IMG/VR virus record: IMGVR_UViG_3300028887_000105
Length of the DNA stretch: 13,417 bases
Source: a virus
Taxonomy: Duplodnaviria; Heunggongvirae; Uroviricota; Caudoviricetes
Direction: 5' to 3' (one strand)
Part shown: piece after piece, positions 8,100-13,417 of the stretch
How the letters are laid out: every line of letters starts with the position of its first letter
Numbering within the stretch: the stretch's first letter is position 1
The notes under the pieces: model-generated
What the model was told of the DNA's origin: nothing
What the model saw: the letters and a program-made list of their open reading frames with translations, nothing else
Databases searched by the model: none
Made by a program: the position numbers and the translations under genes

Positions 8100-8568
8100 G
8101 GAAGAAAAACAAGAATTTATTGAAGCATTATGTGGATACCTACCATTTGGTGTACGTGTACAGGGTGAAAAACATGGTATATCTGGCAAGTTGAACGATT
8201 TAAGATTGTTCCATAAGTACAATTTCACTAACATTGTTCACGAGACAGATGCCCTTGTTGACTTTTTCCACGATGGTGAATACGAGTTCATTACCAATTA
8301 TAAACCGTATCTTCGTCCGATGTCTACAATGACAGAAAAGGAAAAAGAAGAAATGCACAAACTCCTGTCTCCAAAAGGTACTGCACGATATGACATTGAT
8401 GGTATACGTACACCGATGTCCCATTACGGTGACTTCATTCCGTACGAATTTATGAACAGGATACTTAGGTATCTCAACCGACATATGTTTGACTATCGCG
8501 GTTTTATCGAAAAGGGATGGGCTTTACCGTCAGAGAACACGTACGGAGAAAACGACGAGGAGGAGTGA
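8092..8568 (+). CDS. Phage protein of the KPYLR..MT family (158 aa), paralog of 3101-3583
   Basis: ALCGYLPFGVR, YKPYLRPMSTMTEKE and HMFDYRGFIEKGWAL blocks. Confidence 0.85.
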   Translation: MTKEEKQEFIEALCGYLPFGVRVQGEKHGISGKLNDLRLFHKYNFTNIVHETDALVDFFHDGEYEFITNYKPYLRPMSTMTEKEKEEMHKLLSPKGTARYDIDGIRTPMSHYGDFIPYEFMNRILRYLNRHMFDYRGFIEKGWALPSENTYGENDEEE

Positions 8569-8570
8569 TT

Positions 8571-8840
8571 ATGAATAGTTTAGTAAATGAAATTGATTAT
8601 TTTTGGGAAACAACAGATGGAACTGATTCCAAACTTGATTATGAACGAATTGTTAAATGTGCTAAACATTTCATTGAGTGGGAAAGAAACCGTCAAGCCT
8701 TATGTGGCCCTCGTGGTAGATTAGGTGGTATTCCAGAAGATATAATGGCACGCGCTGAAGAATATGCTAACAAGTTGAACCCGCCATTTGACAGGGATGA
8801 TATTTGCAACGCATATGCAGTTGGTGCAATGGAAAAATAA
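8571..8840 (+). CDS. Hypothetical phage protein (89 aa)
   Basis: ATG at 8571 (ATTATG, 2 nt after the previous stop) preferred over the track start at 8517. Confidence 0.75.
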   Translation: MNSLVNEIDYFWETTDGTDSKLDYERIVKCAKHFIEWERNRQALCGPRGRLGGIPEDIMARAEEYANKLNPPFDRDDICNAYAVGAMEK

Positions 8841-8847
8841 ATAAGTT

Positions 8848-9057
8848 ATGATAGTAAATAAACACAACTCTACATTTTATCAATTTGAAGAAGAGGATAA
8901 AGAATTTATTAACAAACAGGTTCACGATGTAAGAGATCGTTTACACGAAGTTTACGGAGAAACACTTCCTCGCGAACTTGATGAACAAATCGGATACATT
9001 GTGAGTGAGACATTCAGACTCACAATGATGTATGCAAAAAAATACAAAGTAAAATAA
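8848..9057 (+). CDS. Hypothetical protein (69 aa)
   Basis: AAGTTATG start; helical-looking sequence; no family recognised. Confidence 0.7.
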   Translation: MIVNKHNSTFYQFEEEDKEFINKQVHDVRDRLHEVYGETLPRELDEQIGYIVSETFRLTMMYAKKYKVK

Positions 9058-9081
9058 TATTAATTTAAAACGTTTTTAATT

Positions 9082-9708
9082 ATGTTCGAAAACATTCAGA
9101 GTGCCTTTGATGGCATGTTTGGTAAGGTTGGTCCTGGTATGTGCCGCCTTACAATGAACGGCAACATTGCTGTTAAGTGTAGTAAGGGTTACAAGACCTA
9201 CAACGTATCTAAGGGTACATTGACAAATGTAACCAATTTCTGTTTTAATGTAGGCGATGAAATGTTCTTCATCATTCCTACCAATAAGGTAGAGGTTGGC
9301 GACATTATCCTTGTAGGTGGAAAGCCTAAGTGTGTAACTGAGGTCAACAAGAAGGTCATTACTGTTATCGACTATGAGAACAGTGAGGTACGTCAGGTTG
9401 TTCCTGAGCGCCACGTGTTCATGGGTAGCACTTACTTCTATGGTAAGATCGTATCTATGTTCGGCAACTCCTTCAAGAAGGGTAAGGGCCTTGGTAACAT
9501 CATGAAGATGATGATGTTCTCTCAGATGATGGGTGGTAATGGTTCCGCTAACAACGGCGGTATCGGCCAGATGCTTGCTATGTCCATGTTTATGGGTGGC
9601 AACAACTCCAATCCGTTTGAAGGTATGTTTGATTTCAATTTTGACGCTGGCCTTACAGAAGATGTAGAGGAAAGCGAAGATAAGGACGAAGAAACAGAGG
9701 AGGCTTAA
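9082..9708 (+). CDS. Unknown protein with beta-rich N-terminus, Met/Gly-rich repeat and acidic tail (208 aa); gene 1 of the vWA/PurA-like module
   Basis: KVEVGDIILVGGKPKCVTEV resembles an SH3/KOW-type hairpin; 11 Met in aa 141-182; all 16 Lys codons are AAG. Confidence 0.9.
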   Translation: MFENIQSAFDGMFGKVGPGMCRLTMNGNIAVKCSKGYKTYNVSKGTLTNVTNFCFNVGDEMFFIIPTNKVEVGDIILVGGKPKCVTEVNKKVITVIDYENSEVRQVVPERHVFMGSTYFYGKIVSMFGNSFKKGKGLGNIMKMMMFSQMMGGNGSANNGGIGQMLAMSMFMGGNNSNPFEGMFDFNFDAGLTEDVEESEDKDEETEEA

Positions 9709-9710
9709 TT

Positions 9711-10601
9711 ATGGGTGGTGGTAGTTTTACAACTAACAGTTACAAATCTTATGCTAAGACTATGGGTTATTCTTACGATAGTTCTAGTGGTAGAATTAGC
9801 GGACAGGAATATAAGGCCAGGAGACTGGACGAATCCCTTGATCCTAGCAAGTTCAAGATCCGTGAGTGCGTAAACAGTGATGAGCATCCTAATACCATTC
9901 CTGTTATCCTGGCATTGGATGTAACAGGTTCTATGGGTGAGGCTTGTCGTGAGACTGCAGAGGCACTTGGTGTTATTATGACAAACCTGTATAAGAAATT
10001 CAAGGACGTTGAGTTTTGTATTATGGGTATTGGTGACCTTGCATATGACGACGCACCTATCCAGATGAGCCAGTTTGAATCTGATGTCCGTATTGCGGAA
10101 TCATTGGATAAGATCTTTGTTGAACACGGTGGTGGTGGTAACGCTTTCGAGAGTTATACCGCAGCCTGGTACATGGGTCTTAAGCATACGAAGTTGGACT
10201 GCTATGACAAGCAAGGACGTAAGGGTATCATTATTACAATGGGTGATGAGCCTATGAATCCTTATTTGCCAGTGCATAACTTGAACAATGCAATTGATGC
10301 ACATGAACAGGCTAACGTTGAAACACGTCAACTTTACGAAGAGGCTTCAAAGAAGTTTGACATTTTCCACATTGCCGTGGACAGTCCTCACGACTGTTAT
10401 CATATGTACAAAAATGAGATAGAAAAATCATTTGGTCAACTCCTTGGCACCAGACTTAAGGTTTCAACGTTGAACAATCTTTCCAAGACAATCGAGGATT
10501 GTATTTGTGAATCTGTTGGTACCTGTGGTACTGAACTCCTTGTTGATGAGGTTAAGCCTGAGGTGAATACCGTTAATGAGAATGGTGAGATCATTTGGTA
10601 A
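9711..10601 (+). CDS. Stand-alone von Willebrand factor A (vWA) domain protein (296 aa)
   Basis: Beta-strand plus MIDAS VILALD70-V-T72-G-S74, loop GGGGNAFESY, and IIITMGD179EP. Confidence 0.85.
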   Translation: MGGGSFTTNSYKSYAKTMGYSYDSSSGRISGQEYKARRLDESLDPSKFKIRECVNSDEHPNTIPVILALDVTGSMGEACRETAEALGVIMTNLYKKFKDVEFCIMGIGDLAYDDAPIQMSQFESDVRIAESLDKIFVEHGGGGNAFESYTAAWYMGLKHTKLDCYDKQGRKGIIITMGDEPMNPYLPVHNLNNAIDAHEQANVETRQLYEEASKKFDIFHIAVDSPHDCYHMYKNEIEKSFGQLLGTRLKVSTLNNLSKTIEDCICESVGTCGTELLVDEVKPEVNTVNENGEIIW

Positions 10602-10630
10602 GTTAGTTTTTATTTTTTAATTTGTTATTT

Positions 10631-11716
10631 ATGTCGAAGCAAGCGAGAATCGTAATTGGAAGCAATTATGGTGATGAAGGTAAGGGTACAGTAGTGGCCC
10701 ATTACACAAAGAACAGTGTTGGTAGTGTTGTAAACATCCTTACAAATGGTGGTGCCCAAAGAGGACATTCTATTTTAACAGAAGGCGGTAGCATTACATT
10801 TAAACATTTCGGTTCTGGAACATTCCATGGAGCGGATAATTATTATTCCCGCTTCTTCATTTTGAATCCTATGCAGTTTGTTCAGGAATACGATAAATTA
10901 CTCGTTAAACCTAAACATATCTACAGGGATAGAAGGTGTCTGTGGAGTACACCTTATGACTCTATGGCTAATATGATCATGGAGCAAAAAATGGATAGAA
11001 AGGCATCTTGTGGTATGGGTATATGGAATACCATTAAAAGATACAGGGAAATGCAGACATTCCCATTTGATGATTTCCTCAATATGTCTAATCCTGAAAT
11101 ATATTTGTGTCATGTACGCAATTATTACGATAAGATACTTGGTGAAATTCCGAGAGAATGGAAAATGATGTGGAGTTCTCATACCTTGCAAATACATTTC
11201 ATTAACGATTGTTGGTTTATGTATCATAATACCGAGTTAATGAATGATCTTGGTAGTCTTGATTATGACAACTACATATTTGAGAATGGCCAGGGCCTGT
11301 TGCTATGTGACACAGGAAGAGATACATATGACACCACACCGTCCAATACTGGTAGCCTATATGCTGCAGAACTGTTGAAGGAATTGAAAGACGTAGAGGT
11401 TACCGCGCACTATGTTACGCGTCCGTATCTTACGAGACACGGTGACGGTGGTATCAATGGAACTTATGACGTTGGTAGAGATTTCATTTCTGAGGGTATT
11501 AAGGAAGATAGAACAAACCGATATAATGGGTTCCAGGGTAAATTCAGATATGGATTTTTGGATATTAATGGTTTGAAGGATAGAATTATTGATGACAATA
11601 AGGAAATGTTTAAGGTAGAATTGGAAGTTACGCATTGTGATGAAATGGATAGAATTAATGAATTTAAAAAGTCATTCCGCAATGTAAATACTTATGACAG
11701 TGCATTAATTAAATGA
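10631..11716 (+). CDS. purA: Divergent adenylosuccinate synthetase family (PurA-like) ligase (361 aa)
   Basis: GSNYGDEGKG, NGGAQRGH, FENGQGLLL, TTPSNTG, YLTRHGDG, FRYGFLD and VTHCD correspond in order to PurA motifs. ATG at 10631 preferred over TTG at 10622. The symbol marks family only; orthology is not shown. Confidence 0.88.
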   Translation: MSKQARIVIGSNYGDEGKGTVVAHYTKNSVGSVVNILTNGGAQRGHSILTEGGSITFKHFGSGTFHGADNYYSRFFILNPMQFVQEYDKLLVKPKHIYRDRRCLWSTPYDSMANMIMEQKMDRKASCGMGIWNTIKRYREMQTFPFDDFLNMSNPEIYLCHVRNYYDKILGEIPREWKMMWSSHTLQIHFINDCWFMYHNTELMNDLGSLDYDNYIFENGQGLLLCDTGRDTYDTTPSNTGSLYAAELLKELKDVEVTAHYVTRPYLTRHGDGGINGTYDVGRDFISEGIKEDRTNRYNGFQGKFRYGFLDINGLKDRIIDDNKEMFKVELEVTHCDEMDRINEFKKSFRNVNTYDSALIK

Positions 11717-11727
11717 TTTGGATCAGT

Positions 11728-11744
11728 TTGGCACGGTATTTGTA
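11728..11744 (+). promoter_or_regulatory. Sigma54-like -24/-12 element (TTGGCACGGTATTTGTA)
   Basis: Intergenic; perfect TGGCACG -24 box with GG-N10-GT spacing (canonical is GG-N10-GC). Confidence 0.45.
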
Positions 11745-11752
11745 GAGATAAT

Positions 11753-11795
11753 TGCGAGGGTGGATTGAATGTTTTACTCTCGCAGTTTTTGTTTT
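11753..11795 (+). terminator. Intrinsic terminator after the PurA-like gene
   Basis: Stem TGCGAGGGT (11753-11761) / ACTCTCGCA (11776-11784) with one G-U pair, followed by GTTTTTGTTTT. Confidence 0.75.
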
Positions 11796-11818
11796 AAAAA
11801 ATTTGTATTATCTTTGCA
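11788..11818 (+). promoter_or_regulatory. Bacteroidota housekeeping-sigma promoter (-33 TTTG, -7 TATCTTTGCA)
   Basis: TATCTTTG at 11809-11816 followed by CA; TTTG at 11788-11791 with a 17-nt A/T-rich spacer; about 28 nt upstream of ATG 11845. Confidence 0.75.
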
Positions 11819-11844
11819 ACAGAAAATTGAAAAAACTTATAATA

Positions 11845-12219
11845 ATGGAAGAAACAAACAAATATTTTAAAGTGATTGATCCTAATAATGAAATGAAAAA
11901 AGACATCATTATTATGATTAAACCTGAAGATGTAGACAAATCTATTTTGAGATTTGAGAATGCTGGTTATAAATTGAGAGAAACAGAATGTCCTAAAGAC
12001 GTAACTTTGATTTCTTTACCAGAAGAACGTCCGAAGATGCCAAATCTTGATGCATTAGATTGTTTTGATGCATTAGATTGTGATCCATTTTTAAACACAA
12101 AACACGAACGTTATAATGGCCCGTGTTGTGGAAGATGTGCAAACAGATTCAAACTATCTGATTTTTGCACTAATCATTGTCAATCAAGTAATTGTTATCG
12201 ATTTAAATTAGAAAAATAA
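11845..12219 (+). CDS. Hypothetical protein with C-terminal Cys cluster (124 aa)
   Basis: ATG at 11845; the 31-aa extension in the track reads through the terminator and promoter. C-terminal CCGRC-x9-C-x3-C-x4-C. Confidence 0.8.
   Translation: MEETNKYFKVIDPNNEMKKDIIIMIKPEDVDKSILRFENAGYKLRETECPKDVTLISLPEERPKMPNLDALDCFDALDCDPFLNTKHERYNGPCCGRCANRFKLSDFCTNHCQSSNCYRFKLEK
12047..12081 (+). repeat. In-frame tandem duplication, 18-nt period
   Basis: TTGATGCATTAGATTGT at 12047-12063 and 12065-12081, encoding LDALDC-FDALDC. Confidence 0.9.
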
Positions 12220-12223
12220 AATT

Positions 12224-12712
12224 ATGAAAAAATTTGTTTATCTTTTTTTGATTGCCATTTGTGCAATCTCTTGCGTTGAAAATGATACGCTGACCACTAT
12301 TAATTTTCCAGAGTTTCGTGCGCATACCAGTGACTTCGTTGGCATTACCGTAAGCGATATTTGTTATTGCTACGAGCACGAACCGTATAAAGACACTAAG
12401 GTTGATCACATAGTCTTTTTTTCAAAGGACTATTACAAGGGGATTGACTCGTCATACGTATATGCGTGTATTACTTACGGGTACACGGCAATACTCCATA
12501 AGTATACCATTGCTGAGTTTGAGAAGAACAGAAATCGGATATGTTTCGAGATCAATGATACTATCAATGATAGAATAGAAAGAACAAATATGAGAATTAA
12601 ATGTGCTATGTCTCGTATTCGTCTAAACGTTGATGATAGGGACTTTTTGAAATATACGGACATTAATATGCGCACTGATAACATTTATTTAAATGCAAGT
12701 ATAAAGAAATGA
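12224..12712 (+). CDS. Predicted lipoprotein (162 aa)
   Basis: MKK n-region, hydrophobic FVYLFLIAICA, lipobox-like AISC with C17, then acidic VEND. Confidence 0.75.
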   Translation: MKKFVYLFLIAICAISCVENDTLTTINFPEFRAHTSDFVGITVSDICYCYEHEPYKDTKVDHIVFFSKDYYKGIDSSYVYACITYGYTAILHKYTIAEFEKNRNRICFEINDTINDRIERTNMRIKCAMSRIRLNVDDRDFLKYTDINMRTDNIYLNASIKK

Positions 12713-12999
12713 CAGGAACAATTTATGTTAGCGGTTTGATTATTACCGCATTGATTTTAATTGGCTTTTTCATTTTTGCAAAGCCTGATACGTTAGAATG
12801 GCTAGACCTTGATTGTTTAGTAGATAAGAGTGACCCAACACTGGTATTTTTGATATTTGTTCTATCAATATGTTGGTTTATGTTCTGGGGTTTTGTTATA
12901 GTCATTCTTTCTTTAATACCATTATATTTGCTGTTTTATTACGGTAATAAAGGTTTTTACAATTTAAGAGAATACATACAAGAAAAAAGAAAAAAATAA
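12709..12999 (+). CDS. Membrane protein (96 aa), paralog of 13003-13332
   Basis: Two to three hydrophobic segments; ATGA overlap with the lipoprotein gene. Confidence 0.8.
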   Translation: MTGTIYVSGLIITALILIGFFIFAKPDTLEWLDLDCLVDKSDPTLVFLIFVLSICWFMFWGFVIVILSLIPLYLLFYYGNKGFYNLREYIQEKRKK

Positions 13000-13002
13000 G
13001 TT

Positions 13003-13332
13003 ATGGTAGTTTTATGGAGTTATGTTGCGGGCTTTATAACCACTGCAGTAGTTTTGGTACTTGTCTGGATGATTTGTACCCCTGAGACATTGGCAAAATC
13101 AGAAGTATTTAGTTTCCTGTCAGAAAGAAGGTGCGAAGTTGATCCTTGGGACGATAGTTTAAGCCCATTAGGTTATATTTTTTGGATATCAGTATTTTGG
13201 TTTTTTGTTATACCAGTTGCTTTATCAGCATTGATTGGTTGTGGTATAGTAGAAGCATTATATTCGTTGAGAAATGTTATCCAGGAGAATAAAACTGAGG
13301 AAAAAATAAGGAATTATTATAAAAAGAAATAA
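13003..13332 (+). CDS. Membrane protein (109 aa), paralog of 12709-12999
   Basis: YVAGFITTAVVL / TPETL / LYSLRNVIQE match YVSGLIITALIL / KPDTL / FYNLREYIQE. Confidence 0.8.
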   Translation: MVVLWSYVAGFITTAVVLVLVWMICTPETLAKSEVFSFLSERRCEVDPWDDSLSPLGYIFWISVFWFFVIPVALSALIGCGIVEALYSLRNVIQENKTEEKIRNYYKKK

Positions 13333-13334
13333 GT

Positions 13335-13417
13335 ATGGATAAAAAGGAATACGGCGAAAAAATTGTTAATGAGATAATCAATGACTATAAATTGTCAAAA
13401 GAGTTTCACGATGATGC
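13335..13417 (+). CDS. Partial CDS truncated by the window end (MDKKEYGEKIVNEIINDYKLSKEFHDD...)
   Basis: ATG 2 nt after the previous stop; open to the edge of the window. Confidence 0.65.
   Translation, partial: MDKKEYGEKIVNEIINDYKLSKEFHDD

Noticed and set aside
8557-8565. GAGGAGGAG as a Shine-Dalgarno site for gene 8571
   Set aside because: It encodes the EEE tail of the upstream gene and other genes lack SD motifs, so probably coincidental.
2549-10257. Alternate-frame + strand ORFs 2549-2761, 5300-5524 and 10075-10257
   Set aside because: Nested out of frame in better-supported genes, including YopX and vWA, with no protein-like motifs.
10631-11716. PurZ / 2-aminoadenine (Z-genome) pathway
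   Set aside because: The P-loop is GDEGKG with Asp, not the PurZ Ser, and no adjacent DatZ- or MazZ-like genes are recognisable. The HD protein at 1113 is far away and has a different His pattern.
11752-11844. 31-aa N-terminal extension of the 155-aa track ORF
   Set aside because: It starts at TTG and translates through the terminator and the TATCTTTGCA promoter; ATG 11845 has the typical start context.
1799-12905. All minus-strand ORFs in the track (e.g. 3715-3999, 7959-8234, 9076-9414, 10898-11227)
   Set aside because: Each lies antisense to well-supported + strand genes, has no recognisable motif and mostly lacks a good start context; most likely shadows of sense-strand codon bias.
1-13417. 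tRNA, rRNA, CRISPR array, integrase or transposase
   Set aside because: Intergenic gaps are at most about 130 nt; no cloverleaf, spaced direct repeats or recombinase motifs were seen.

Overview
An AT-rich, gene-dense segment with every credible gene on the + strand: 33 complete CDS plus one cut by the right edge. The short hypothetical ORFs, frequent start/stop overlaps, Shine-Dalgarno-less AT-rich start contexts, TAnnTTTG promoter boxes and a YopX gene point to the accessory region of a large dsDNA phage of a Bacteroidota host. Near-exclusive AAG lysine codons in some genes hint at a Prevotella-like host (inference). The standout is a three-gene module at 9082-11716: a Met/Gly-rich unknown protein, a stand-alone vWA (MIDAS) protein, and a divergent adenylosuccinate-synthetase-family (PurA-like) ligase. 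The ligase keeps the catalytic GDEGKG Asp and His, so it is not PurZ, but it has replaced the canonical aspartate-binding loop. Other recognisable families are an HD-type metal hydrolase, YopX, a DUF4240-like protein and lipoproteins. There are three paralog pairs, including two tandem 56-aa membrane peptides missing from the supplied ORF track. No tRNA, rRNA, CRISPR array or mobile element was seen. All family assignments are from motif recognition by eye, not database searches.
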